A stretch of DNA of 64,000 nucleotides from a virus, in IMG/VR virus record IMGVR_UViG_3300032287_003731, positions 32,954-96,953 of that record. One strand, written 5' to 3'. The position numbers were made by a program, and so were the translations under genes. The notes below the pieces were generated by a model. It was not told the origin of the DNA. It ran no database searches and saw nothing but the letters and a program-made list of their open reading frames with translations. This document shows, piece after piece, positions 1 to 10,800 of this stretch (within the stretch, counting starts at the first letter, position 1; the number at the start of each line of letters is the position of its first letter).

Positions 1-1546
1 CTTGTAATCCAACTTGTTTAGTTAATTTAACTTGTGTTTCAAGTTGATCAGCTGTAAATTCATATGCAAACCCTGTAGCTTCAGATAATTGTCCAAATGC
101 TTCTACTAAATTAGCTGTATTAACATTTATATTTTTAGAATTACGTTCTATCTTTACTAATGATTCTCTAAAAGCATCTGCTCTATTAGTTCCGTATCCT
201 AAAGACTTACCTAATTCAACTACTTGTTTATTAGCATCAAGTGCTTTATCTATAAAAAATGTAATTATAGTTAAAGGATCAGTAAGCGCTTTTTTAAATC
301 CAGTTCCTAGTCCTTTTACAAGTACTCCTAATGATTTAAATTTATTACCTAGATTATCAACAGAAGTAATAGCATCTTGTTTAACTTTATCTTCTTCTTT
401 ATCTAAATCTGCTAATTGTTGTTTGGTATTTAGTTCATCAGCTAGTAAATCATTTTTCTTTCGGTCTTTTTCAATTTGAAGATCAGCTATTCTAGTTGCT
501 CTATCATTATCAATATCAGATATGTTTTGACTAATTAAAGCCTGTCTTCTAGCTAAATCAATAGCATCTTGTCCGGTTGCTGTTTGGAGTTGATTTTGAA
601 TATCTAATAATTCATTTCGAAGAGCAACTTCTTGATTAGTTTGAACTTGAGCTGCTGCTATTTCTCTTTCTTTAGCTTGAATTTCTTCTTGAATTCTTAA
701 AGAATTTTGTAGTAGAGCAATTCTTTGATCTTCAATATTTTTAATTTTTTTAATTACTTCTTTACTTTTTAAAGCACCATCAATTAATTCTTGATTATAT
801 TTTTTTACAGAATCAATAGCATCGTCTATATTTAAGAATTGAGCTAAAGAACCTCCATATTTTGAAACTACACCAGCAGCTGCTGTTGCTATACCTCCTA
901 GATCTTCTCTTACATTATATATTTGTTTAGAAATATTAAGTTCTTTTTGCAAAAGAGGTATTCCTTCACTTAAAGCATTATTTGCTGCTTCAAATAAATC
1001 TTTTTCTTCTTTTAATTGATTAAGTAATTTTTTCTGAGCTGTGGTTAAATTTTCATTATCTATAGCATATAAGTCATTAAGGAGTTTTTCTTGTCTAAAA
1101 GTAAATTGTCTTACATTATTAATTTCTTTTTCTTCTCCTAATCTATCTCGTACATTTTTTAATTCTATTTTACTTTTAGCTAAGATTTCTCCTTTTTTCT
1201 TAAACTGTTTTTCAGTTAAATCAGTAACACCTTGCTGGAAGTAGTTTAAATCAGAAGATAAATTAGTAAGTCCTTTAAATATAGATTTTCCTGCTTGTAA
1301 TAATATATTTTGTTTTTTTAATTCAGCAGTTGTTTCTCTAAAACTTTGATATAAATAATCAGATTTAAAAACAGTATCATTTAATTCTTTATTAAGTCTA
1401 GATACAGAAGCAGTTAAATTACCCGCAGCTTTAGCTTGATCTGCAAAACCTTGAGCTTGCTGGCGAGTTAATCCATCGGCTTGCTGTAGTAATTCTATAT
1501 ACTTTTCGTATAGTTTATTTAATTCTTGTTGATCTTGTGGATCCAT
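1..1546 (-). CDS. Tape measure protein, 5' part (runs off window edge)
   Basis: Not in the ORF track because it has no stop in the window. ATG at 1546 (MDPQDQQELNKLYEKYIELLQQADG...), long helical/coiled-coil reading frame, follows tube and chaperone genes, preceded by ATATTTAT. Confidence 0.75.
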   Translation of the reverse strand, partial: MDPQDQQELNKLYEKYIELLQQADGLTRQQAQGFADQAKAAGNLTASVSRLNKELNDTVFKSDYLYQSFRETTAELKKQNILLQAGKSIFKGLTNLSSDLNYFQQGVTDLTEKQFKKKGEILAKSKIELKNVRDRLGEEKEINNVRQFTFRQEKLLNDLYAIDNENLTTAQKKLLNQLKEEKDLFEAANNALSEGIPLLQKELNISKQIYNVREDLGGIATAAAGVVSKYGGSLAQFLNIDDAIDSVKKYNQELIDGALKSKEVIKKIKNIEDQRIALLQNSLRIQEEIQAKEREIAAAQVQTNQEVALRNELLDIQNQLQTATGQDAIDLARRQALISQNISDIDNDRATRIADLQIEKDRKKNDLLADELNTKQQLADLDKEEDKVKQDAITSVDNLGNKFKSLGVLVKGLGTGFKKALTDPLTIITFFIDKALDANKQVVELGKSLGYGTNRADAFRESLVKIERNSKNINVNTANLVEAFGQLSEATGFAYEFTADQLETQVKLTKQVGLQ

Positions 1547-1574
1547 ACCTTTAATATTACATCATATAAATATT

Positions 1575-1600
1575 AAAGCGCCCTACTTTTTGGGCGCTTT
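1575..1600 (-). terminator. Hairpin AAAGCGCCC/GGGCGCTTT before the tape measure promoter motif
   Basis: 9-bp inverted repeat at the end of ORF 1583..1837; short U tract. Confidence 0.5.
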
Positions 1601-1837
1601 AGCTACATATGTTGGTTGTTTTGGAGAAGTAACGTTTGGTCTTGATATTTCTTTACTTGGTTTATTTTTTAGTAGATTTTGTTGTTTTTCAGCTTCTTCT
1701 TTTTGTTTTTCAAAATATTCTTTTAATGTTTCAAAAGTAAATTTACGCAACCAAATAGGCATATTATATACAGTATCCCAATCATATCCACCATTTCCAT
1801 GAAATACTATTTCATGTATTTGTCTAAATAAATACAA
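1583..1837 (-). CDS. Tail assembly chaperone C-terminal part (probably made as a frameshift fusion)
   Basis: Only a TTG start; the frame is open upstream and overlaps the end of the previous gene in the +1 frame; lies just before the tape measure gene. Confidence 0.65.
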   Translation of the reverse strand: MYLFRQIHEIVFHGNGGYDWDTVYNMPIWLRKFTFETLKEYFEKQKEEAEKQQNLLKNKPSKEISRPNVTSPKQPTYVAKAPKK

Positions 1838-1838
1838 C

Positions 1839-2582
1839 CTATAGTCCAGAGTCAGGCCAAAGAAAGTTAATACCTAAAGAAATTTCTATACCCTCCCCAG
1901 TATAGTTTTCATCATTTGGTTTATATTTCATATTAATATCTGGTGATATTTGATTATAATATTGACGAAGAGCTCTAGAATCTTTAGCGATTAAATAATT
2001 ATCAACAAATTCACGAATATCTTTTGGTTCACGTTTACCTTCAACTGAAGTGATAATATGTTTTAAGCGTGTAGTAACATCAGTTGTAATGTTTGGATTT
2101 ATTTTTTTTAATCCTTTAATTTCAGCTTCGATTTTTTGTTCATCACCGTGTGTTAAAAGTTTAAAAGTAATATTATTAGTAGAATGAGGAAGAGTAAATT
2201 CAAATTCATTCATACCATGTTTAAATAAAGAAAAATCTACTATTTTATCTTCTAATGTAGATAAATCAACATTAATTTCTGTTTCGCCAAAAGTAACAGG
2301 ATAGTCTTTACCATAACCTAAAATGCGAGCAGCAATTAAAATAGCATTTTTATCACCGACTAATAATTCATTGTAATCAATTGGTGTTACAATAAGCGCT
2401 TGTAATAATTTATCTACTACTGTTCCATTTTTAATGTAATTAGTATTAGTAAGAATATCTTCTTCCTTAGCAGTCATATACTTCATTTCAATTTCACCTT
2501 TTGCTAGTGGTGATGTAACTGGATAAAGTAAACCTTTAGAAGGTAATGCAACTGTTTCTGTTGGAATTTTTAATTCAGCCAT
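1839..2582 (-). CDS. Tail assembly chaperone / baseplate-hub assembly-like protein
   Basis: LPSKGLLYP...MTAKEEDIL...FLWPD motifs; between tube and tape measure. ATG at 2582 (MAELKIPTE) chosen because it lies downstream of the ATATTTAT motif. Confidence 0.7.
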   Translation of the reverse strand: MAELKIPTETVALPSKGLLYPVTSPLAKGEIEMKYMTAKEEDILTNTNYIKNGTVVDKLLQALIVTPIDYNELLVGDKNAILIAARILGYGKDYPVTFGETEINVDLSTLEDKIVDFSLFKHGMNEFEFTLPHSTNNITFKLLTHGDEQKIEAEIKGLKKINPNITTDVTTRLKHIITSVEGKREPKDIREFVDNYLIAKDSRALRQYYNQISPDINMKYKPNDENYTGEGIEISLGINFLWPDSGL

Positions 2583-2619
2583 ATAACGTTTTTTATTGTT
2601 TGATATATATAAATATATG

Positions 2620-2650
2620 AAAAGTAAAAGCGTCTGCAAAAGCAGACGCC
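2620..2650 (-). terminator. Rho-independent terminator after tail tube gene
   Basis: GCGTCTGC-TTTT-GCAGACGC followed by TTTTACTTTT on the minus strand. Confidence 0.8.
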
Positions 2651-2677
2651 TTTATAAAAGAAAGAAATATAGAGAAA

Positions 2678-3163
2678 TCAGAAGTTCAATACGCAGTAAT
2701 CCATAGCGATTGTAACGGATAAGTTAATTGCGGCATCGTTAGCCCAATCATACTCACCAAAGGTAGCTGTTTTAACATAAGCACCTTTAACAATCCACTC
2801 ACCTACTACATCACCTACAGGACCTAAAATGTCTAATGTTAAGTCTTTCTTGTAGAAGTCAGAATAGCCATCACGACCAGTTACTGATTCGTGTGCTAAA
2901 CGAGCCCATTCCATTACAGCTTGAGCACCAGAGGGAGTTACAGGATCATATAAACTTAAAGTCATATCATTCCAACGTACTTTACCTTTTACTTTACGGT
3001 AAACGTTGATGTGATCTAATATAATTTCACCAGCTTCAAATCCAGGAGCAGAAGCAGCTTTAATCAAGTATGCGGGAATACCGTCAATATACATGATAAA
3101 GCGATTCTGAACTTTAGGTTCAAATGCTGTAAACATAATTTCATTTGCGTCTAATACAGGCAT
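2678..3163 (-). CDS. Tail tube protein (T4 gp19-like)
   Basis: 161 aa, FEPK.QNRF, W..M.L.LYDP, YKKDL.L.ILGPVG motifs; downstream of sheath. Confidence 0.9.
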   Translation of the reverse strand: MPVLDANEIMFTAFEPKVQNRFIMYIDGIPAYLIKAASAPGFEAGEIILDHINVYRKVKGKVRWNDMTLSLYDPVTPSGAQAVMEWARLAHESVTGRDGYSDFYKKDLTLDILGPVGDVVGEWIVKGAYVKTATFGEYDWANDAAINLSVTIAMDYCVLNF

Positions 3164-3224
3164 GTTATTTAATTTTTAAATTATTCTGGGTATAAATATG
3201 TTAAATTATAAAAAACATATTATT

Positions 3225-3932
3225 TTAGATGTATTTCCATTGAAATCCATAGGCTGTTTTAGATACACCAATTAAACAACAACTAATGTTAGAATGTTTT
3301 TTTCCAATATATTTTGCAGCTTCTCCTATACTATTATGTTGTTTTATTATATTACCTTCTTTATCTAGTTGTAATATAGGTTTATATTTTTTATTTAAAT
3401 AAGATTGAGATTGTTTTTTACCTTTTTTAGCTTTACTTATCTTTTGTTTATGTTCATCTGTATATTTACGACCTGTTATTTTTTGTCGTATTATTTCACC
3501 AAATCCTTCTGGTTTTGGTTTACCTATATTAGCTTGTTTTAATTTTTCTTTACGTTTTTGATTATTACTTATTTTATTTTTAGTTTCTTGTGTTACTATT
3601 TTATTTTTATTTCCTTTTCTTATTTTATTAATAACATAATTATATTTATCCTCATTTAAATCTTTATTATACCATCCAGATGTTTTACTTCTTATATTAT
3701 AAAAACTTTTTGATTTAACAGCATTGAAATAATATATCCAGTATTCTTCACGTTCACCTAAATTTTCTTTAGTACAATATTCTAATATTTCTTTTTTGAA
3801 GTTTTCTTTACCATATTTTTTAATATCTTCTAAAAGTAAAGTACCACTACCTAAATAATCAGGATCATTATGTGAATCTTTTCCTATATATTTTTTACCG
3901 TTTATTAAATTTTTTGTAATATACACTACCAT
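3225..3932 (-). mobile_element. Free-standing GIY-YIG homing endonuclease (Seg-like, NUMOD repeats)
   Basis: VVYITKNLINGKKYIG, YLGSG, NFKKEILE; Lys-rich NUMOD3-like repeats; C-terminal NUMOD1-like SIGEAAK...TAYGFQWKY. Inserted between sheath and tube. Confidence 0.9.
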
Positions 3933-3937
3933 AAAAA

Positions 3938-3972
3938 TATCCTCTTACAATAATAAATATTGTAAGAGGATA
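3938..3972 (-). promoter_or_regulatory. 15-bp perfect hairpin enclosing the ATATTTAT motif upstream of the endonuclease
   Basis: TATCCTCTTACAATA (3938-3952) / TATTGTAAGAGGATA (3958-3972); motif at 3953-3960; 5 nt from the ATG. Confidence 0.75.
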
Positions 3973-4009
3973 AATTTTAATATTTTACTTAAGGAAGCTT
4001 AAAAGTAAA

Positions 4010-5728
4010 TTAAGCCCCAAAAGTTGCACCAGTTGGTTGAATGTTGAAATTCAATATAATGAATTCAGCAGTCTTAGTTGGTTGAATATAGATCTGACCT
4101 ACTAATTGATTGCGATCTATTACATCAGGTGTGTTATTGGAATCATCCATTACTACCTTGTAAGCATATAAACCTTGACGTTGTACTACTGATTCGAGAT
4201 ATGGATTAACTTGAGCAAGGAATCTATTGCGAGTAACATTAGTATTTTGTTCGAATACTAAACTGTTTGATACTTGACCAATATAATCTTTTAAGGCAAT
4301 TAATAAACGACGAACGTTTACACGATCAAGAGCGGTTTGTTTTTTCTGTAATGTTTTCTGACCATATACTACAACACCTTCACCAGGGAATGTAGCGAGT
4401 GGGTTAACATTACCTGAGTATAATGAATCACGATCCGCTTGAGATAATCTCTTTTCGGCACGTAATACTGAAGGAACACCACCACGATTTAAACCAGCAG
4501 GAGCAAACCAGCTAGCAGCGACTTGATCATTGAAAGCATAAACACCACCTATTACTGTTGATGGAGGCGCCCATACAGATTTACCTAAAGTGGAACTATA
4601 TAATTGAACCCAAGGATAGTAAGTAGCAGCATAGTTACTTGATTGAACAGCAGCAGCATTTACTGCTGAACTAATTGCAATTCCATAAATACCAGCATCT
4701 ACAACAGCAATAGCATCACCTCTGTTTTCAACAGTTGAAATCATAGTTGAAACAGCACTGTTACTTAAGCCAACACCAGGAGCTAATAATACATTGAATT
4801 GATAAGCATCTGAGTTATTTAAGATACGGAATGCTGTGATATAGTCGTTAGCTGAAAATCCTTGAATATTACTTGTTGTAATAGTTTCATTCATTAATTG
4901 AGCAGTAGTAGTTGCCGCTACACCCCCAGCAAATGAACCACCAAATGAACCACTCCCTAATGCAGGTAGTGAGCCACTGTATTGAGTAGCTTTATAGCTA
5001 CCGTTATTATCAATTGAATCTACCTGAGGTGTAGTTACTGATTTAACACGTATATATCTTGAAGCATTAGTGTATGAACCTGTAATATCAACTATATAAT
5101 TACCATCACTATCAATTGCAAATACAGGTTTAATATCACCTATAACACGAGAAATATAGTTAGGTAATACTGGGTCTAATGATAAGTTAGCCCATGTTTC
5201 TAAATAATTAGGTTGAGCAGTATTGTCATTACCTGCACGAACGGCTAAAGTAAATATACCACTACCTGTACTTACATTTGTTACTTCCCAGCGAACGTTG
5301 AGATTACTACCGCTTGCTAAAGCACCACTTACCATGCTAGAAGTATTATTCATAATATCACCCCAAGCTAATGTTTCAATCACAAATGAAGAAACATCAA
5401 CTACTCCAGGAACTGTAGCTTGTGAATAAGTACTAACACCAGCAGAGCCACTAATAATTCTAGTTACGAGTAATGTTTGACCACCATTCTGAAAGAAATC
5501 TTTAGCAGCTAATGATGTAAAGTATTCATAGTAGTAGCTACTACTTTTAAATGATTCACCAAATTTAGCTACATATTCACTGTATGAAGTAACATAAGTA
5601 GGAACAAAAGGTTGACCTAATACTGTAGGACCAACAAGTGCAGTAGCTGTTCCTTGAATGCCCTGCTGCACTAAAGACTGGTCAGTTTCATTTTGAAACA
5701 CACCAGGCGAAATAATTTTTTCTGCCAT
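4010..5728 (-). CDS. Tail sheath protein (T4 gp18-like)
   Basis: ISPGVF N-terminus, WFAPAGLNRG, VYGQKTLQ, DRVNVRRLL, FEQN, IQPTKTAEFI. Confidence 0.95.
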   Translation of the reverse strand: MAEKIISPGVFQNETDQSLVQQGIQGTATALVGPTVLGQPFVPTYVTSYSEYVAKFGESFKSSSYYYEYFTSLAAKDFFQNGGQTLLVTRIISGSAGVSTYSQATVPGVVDVSSFVIETLAWGDIMNNTSSMVSGALASGSNLNVRWEVTNVSTGSGIFTLAVRAGNDNTAQPNYLETWANLSLDPVLPNYISRVIGDIKPVFAIDSDGNYIVDITGSYTNASRYIRVKSVTTPQVDSIDNNGSYKATQYSGSLPALGSGSFGGSFAGGVAATTTAQLMNETITTSNIQGFSANDYITAFRILNNSDAYQFNVLLAPGVGLSNSAVSTMISTVENRGDAIAVVDAGIYGIAISSAVNAAAVQSSNYAATYYPWVQLYSSTLGKSVWAPPSTVIGGVYAFNDQVAASWFAPAGLNRGGVPSVLRAEKRLSQADRDSLYSGNVNPLATFPGEGVVVYGQKTLQKKQTALDRVNVRRLLIALKDYIGQVSNSLVFEQNTNVTRNRFLAQVNPYLESVVQRQGLYAYKVVMDDSNNTPDVIDRNQLVGQIYIQPTKTAEFIILNFNIQPTGATFGA

Positions 5729-5810
5729 TTTATAATTGTTTTTTAATAAATTTAATAGGATTGACCTACCGATAAATATCTAAAACTAATTATAAAACGC
5801 AGAGTTATTA

Positions 5811-6074
5811 CTAAGCAGGTGTAATTTCACCAGTTTCAGGATTTATATTACCATTTCCGTATTTACTTACTAATTGATTTGTTAATTCTTTTTCTTTTTC
5901 TTCAATAGACGTTATGTCTTTAAGAAGATTTGCTTTTTCTTCTTCTAAAGAAACAACATATTTTTTATATGTTGATAATTGAATTTCAAGACTGCCTACC
6001 TCAAATGTAGTTTGATTATAACGTGCTTGAAGATCTTTAATTGATTGTAATTCTTCTTGTGTAAGTTGTGCCAT
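5811..6074 (-). CDS. Small coiled-coil protein, possible fibre chaperone
   Basis: 87 aa heptad pattern ending LVSKYGNGNINPETGEI. Confidence 0.55.
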   Translation of the reverse strand: MAQLTQEELQSIKDLQARYNQTTFEVGSLEIQLSTYKKYVVSLEEEKANLLKDITSIEEKEKELTNQLVSKYGNGNINPETGEITPA

Positions 6075-6089
6075 GTACTTTATTTTATT

Positions 6090-6323
6090 TTATTTTTCCC
6101 ATTTAGCTAATGGGCAAGCTTCATTTCCTGGTTTGGGGCTAAATATTTTTTTAGAGAGTGGACATCCACATTCACCACAATAATATAAGTCTATAGTTGA
6201 ATTGTGAGATTTTTTATCACACCCATCACACACACTTGCTCTATACTCAGCTATTACTTTTTGTTCAGGTGTTGGGTCAGCAGCAGCAATCCATGCTTTT
6301 GCTATTTCAACTATTTTAAGCAT
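6090..6323 (-). CDS. Small Cys-rich metal-binding protein
   Basis: CDGC...CGECGC...CPLAKW. Confidence 0.65.
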   Translation of the reverse strand: MLKIVEIAKAWIAAADPTPEQKVIAEYRASVCDGCDKKSHNSTIDLYYCGECGCPLSKKIFSPKPGNEACPLAKWEK

Positions 6324-6783
6324 TAGGTGCTTGAATTAATTTAAACAAAACAATATAATTAGTTTCTGTTGATATCTTTTCAAAGTCTTCTAATTGAAAA
6401 GCATGATGTTCTAATTCGCGATCTTCATTTAATAATGAATTAAAATCATTTTGAAAACTAACATACGTTGGATTTACTTCACGAGAAACAACTTCTTTAG
6501 TGTCATCATCAACTACTTCGTTAATGTAAATAGGAATACTAATATTACCTTGCTCATCAGTAGTACCGTATTTTTTAATAAGTTCTTCTCTTAATAAATT
6601 TACTGCTTCTTTTTCAGCAGTTACTTTTTTAGCTAAATCGTATAACCAGTATTTAGTTGGTACTGATATTTTTTCAGCGAGTAATCCTTTAACTAATACT
6701 TCACCGGTTTCGGAATTAGTAAATCCGTTTATTTCAACGTCAAGTTGAAAAAATTCTTGTAATTTTAAAACTGTTTTTATCAT
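6316..6783 (-). CDS. Hypothetical acidic protein
   Basis: 155-aa ORF, preceded by ATATTTAT (6804-6811), coupled to the next gene. Confidence 0.65.
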   Translation of the reverse strand: MIKTVLKLQEFFQLDVEINGFTNSETGEVLVKGLLAEKISVPTKYWLYDLAKKVTAEKEAVNLLREELIKKYGTTDEQGNISIPIYINEVVDDDTKEVVSREVNPTYVSFQNDFNSLLNEDRELEHHAFQLEDFEKISTETNYIVLFKLIQAPNA

Positions 6784-6874
6784 AAAATTTATTATTTGTG
6801 TATATAAATATATAAAAAATATAGAAAAATATAAATTTAATATTTTGTTTAAATTAAATCTTTAGTATTTGTTT

Positions 6875-7123
6875 TTATAAATTAAATTTTTTTATCCATT
6901 CTTCCGTTTCTAATATTTCACAAATAGTATAGTAGTCTACTATTTGTTTAGGTTCTGGTATGGATAGCACACTGCTTGGGATTTGCGGTGTGTCCCATTT
7001 CACAAAAGTTTTTGTTCTGTCTAAAGATTTTCTAGTTGTTTCTATAGAAGTTTCCAACACCTCCTCAAAATTAATTAAATTTAAATATTGAGATTGAAAT
7101 ATTAAAAATAACTCATTTTCCAT
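6875..7123 (-). CDS. Hypothetical fibre-associated small protein
   Basis: 82 aa, ETS.ETTRKS.D.TKTFVKW; follows the LamG-like gene. Confidence 0.6.
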   Translation of the reverse strand: MENELFLIFQSQYLNLINFEEVLETSIETTRKSLDRTKTFVKWDTPQIPSSVLSIPEPKQIVDYYTICEILETEEWIKKFNL

Positions 7124-7135
7124 TCTGCATTTTAT

Positions 7136-7846
7136 TTATAAATACCTAACTTTTGTAGCATTATAGTTTTGTAATACTTCTGTACTAGAAAGCACTCTAC
7201 TATATATCATTACTTCAGATACATAGTTATTTCCGTAAGAAACGAAAGGCGGAGCGCTCTGACCTACTCCTAGTGCCGCTGTCGATCCTAAGCCAGTAGC
7301 TCCGGAAAGGTTTATTGGATTTAAAGCACTTCCATTTAAATAAATTTGACATCTATTAGAGGCTGCAAATCTATCATAAGTAGCTACCACATTTGTCCAG
7401 GCTCCTGTTATTAAAGAATTATTTGTGCTAGGACCAAAGCTATTGATACTATTTATCCACACAAAATACGTAGATGTGCTTCCCGCCCCTGTTCCGTAAT
7501 AAAAAGCGCATGTGGCATTACCTATAGACAAAAAAGAGTTTAATCCACCTCCCCAACTTCTTATGTACACCCACGTAGACCAAGTAAACACATCGCTTGC
7601 ACTAGAACCTAAAGGTACACTTGAAAACGCAATGTAATCGTCTGTTCCGTCTAAAGCAAATGTACCTCCTTTTATAGTACTGTCGAAAGAAGCTCCGTTG
7701 GTTAAAGATCCTGTCTGTGAGCCAAACAAGTTTGTAACCGTGTTACCTACTCTAGGATAGGATAGTAGTTGAGCAGAATCCATCCAGAACGTTAATCCGT
7801 TTACTACTATTTTAGTTCCGCTATCTCTAATTCCTAATATACTCAT
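7136..7846 (-). CDS. LamG/ConA-like lectin-domain virion protein
   Basis: LDGTDDYI, TWSTWV, WTNVVATYD, IYLNG, IYSRVLS.TEV.QNYNA. Confidence 0.85.
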   Translation of the reverse strand: MSILGIRDSGTKIVVNGLTFWMDSAQLLSYPRVGNTVTNLFGSQTGSLTNGASFDSTIKGGTFALDGTDDYIAFSSVPLGSSASDVFTWSTWVYIRSWGGGLNSFLSIGNATCAFYYGTGAGSTSTYFVWINSINSFGPSTNNSLITGAWTNVVATYDRFAASNRCQIYLNGSALNPINLSGATGLGSTAALGVGQSAPPFVSYGNNYVSEVMIYSRVLSSTEVLQNYNATKVRYL

Positions 7847-7850
7847 AACA

Positions 7851-10800
7851 TTATGCGTTTATATTTCCAATTAAATACCATTCATTACCAGATATATTGA
7901 TTAAAGTTGCTGCTCCATATCTCGTACCTATTCTATTCCAGCTATTAGCACTTCTAATAGTTACGCCTGATCCTGTTGCAAATAATATAGAGCCAGTACC
8001 GTATAATATAACATCAATATATGTACCATCTGCAAAATCAACAGATGACGATGCAGGTATTGTTAAACTATGCGATACATTTGTACTTCCACTCACTTCT
8101 ACAGTTTTACCAGCATCGGTTAATGCAAAAGTATAACTTCCTGTTACTCTATTAAAGGTAACTGCGGTAGGTGCACTACCACCACCGCCACCTGGTGCCC
8201 AAGATGCAGATAGAGCTTGAGTAGCATAAGAGGCAGTCCCAAATAAAGACCCAGTAACACTTCCACTAATATTTAAACTACCAGTTATTGTATGTATATC
8301 AGAAATTATATTACCAATTCGTACACCAGTATTTGTTACTTGAAATTCTATTGAACTTCCTGTAATTACTGTTAAAGATCCTGTTACTGTTAGTGTAGAA
8401 CCGTCAAACTGTAAATTAGCCTCTCCATTTAAAGTATTAGCTGTACCTGTTGCTGTTATAAGATAATTATCTGTGTTATTGTTTATAGTTACGCTACCTC
8501 CACCTCCTCCGGTTGCTACGGTAATTACATTACCGCTACTATCTACAGCTAAGTTTGCCACAGCTGTTCCGGGAAATGCTCCTGATCCCGTGTATTTGCT
8601 AAAACCAAGCTGACCGGAATGTAAACTAAGGTTAAAATATTCTGCGTCACTACTGGCATTAGTACCTCTCAGTATTCTAAATCTATTTTGATAATTATCA
8701 ATCATAGATGCGGAGGTATAGGATCCTCCGGGAGCTTGAAGCAGTATTTGTCCGCCTTCTCCAGTCCCTCCTGCAGGAGGAGGTCCTACAACTATAGTAT
8801 TTTCAGTCGAGCCTAGGGATGAGGTTCCTATTGCTAAAGACCCTATTACTACCGCACTGCCACTAATACCCAAACTACCTGTAATAGTATGAGCATCTGT
8901 TATTATATTTCCTATCTTAGTGCCTGTACTCGTTACTTGTAATTCTACAGCGTTACTAGGACTTACGGTAAACGATCCTGATACTATAGCGCTACCGCTT
9001 ACGTCTAGTTTTGCGTTAGGAGAGGTAGTTCCGATGCCTACATTTCCCGCTCCGCTAATCCTAAGTACCTCTGTACTTCCTCGTGTAATTGCAAATTCCC
9101 CTGCCGTTCGTACGCCATCTAAATACCAATTTCCTCCTTGGGTTTCTAGTGCAAGTCTAGTTCTAGCGCTACTCCCTGTATTTTGGTTTGATATGTTTAT
9201 ACCGGCAGCAGCATTTATATCTACTACAACACCTAATTTATCAGAAGGAGTAGTAGTTCCTATACCAACGTCGCCTGCGGATGTAATTCTCATCCGCTCA
9301 ATATTATTCGTTCCTTCTGCCGTGAAAAAAGTTAGTGCAGCAGTTGGTATTGTTGAACGACCACCTACACCTATACGCCCCTCATTGCTGAACGAACCAG
9401 CATACACCGCAGTATTTGCATCTCCTCCGAAATATGCATAGTTGCTGCGGACGTTTAAGGTGCCGTTTACATCAAGGGTGTTGGTTGGGGTGGTGGTGTT
9501 TATACCTACATTGCCATCCCAAGTGATATTTAATCTTCTGCTTCCATTTGTGTATAAGAACAAATCTCCTTGCCCAGAGGCAAAGTTTGTTCCGGTGAAA
9601 CCCATACCATAACGAGAAGCTCTATCATTTGAGGACTCCCAAGAGAATCCTATGGTTGCAAATTCGCCAATGGTACTAGTGTTGTAGTTAAGGTTTACAC
9701 CGCCTCCGGTAGAAGTTAATGTAGTTCTGTTTGCATTATTAATGTCAAGCTTGTTGGCTGGGCTCACAGTTCCCACTCCCACATTACCACTAGCACTAAC
9801 ATATAAAGCATTAGCACCTGCGGTGCCTGCTCCATCCACTTCTAGCACGCCTCCTGTTGAGGCGGATACGTGTAATTTTGTAGTCGGATTTGTAAGTCCC
9901 ACCCCCACGTTACCTGTACTAGAAAAGATGTAGTTAGCATCATTACTATTACCTGCTAGGAAATACAAAGGTATGGTAGTACCTATCGAACTTATATAGT
10001 TACTGGTTGGACCGCCACCTCCTGATAATAAAAGGCCGTAGCCAGAATCTGTTATTTTAATTGTTCTATTTCCTGATGTACTAATGCTTCCTACCTGCAA
10101 ATTACTGTCGGGTGCTGTGGTGCCTATACCTACATTTCCAGAAGCTTTAAATATAACTTGTTCTACGGCGTTGGGAAAGAATCTAATATCTCCGGAGGCT
10201 CCTGACGTTACTACTTTTATGTACGCGTTGTTGTTTTGAGCAATAAGCATATTATTTGTAGCACCGTCTGAAGTAATAGTTATTCCATCGGCATCTGCTG
10301 TATCTCCAATAATATACTTGTAGTTATTGGATATCTTGATATCTCCGGCTGTTACTCGTAGTTTTTTATCGGGACTTGTAGTACCTATACCGACATTACC
10401 ATTCGTTCGTAAGATAGTCATTCTATCGGTCAAAGTCCCATCTCCTGTAGAAAAAACTAACCCCGAAATAGCAAAAGACTCAGCAGTAATTGCTGCTTGT
10501 TTTACCGTGCCCCCAGTGCTTAATATAATATGAGGAGTTGCTGTTGTTGGATTTGTTGTATATGCAATCTCTAACTTTGCTCCAGGACTATTAATACCTA
10601 AACCTACATTACCACTAGCACTAACATATAAAGCATTAGCACCTGCAGTGCCTGCTCCATCCACTTCTAGCACGCCTCCTGTTGAGGCTGTTACGTGCAA
10701 TCTTGCAGTTGGACTTGTAAGTCCTATACCAACGTTTCCTAATTCATTTATTGTCATCCTTGTTATAGGACTGTACAAACCTAATCCACTTGAATTATTC

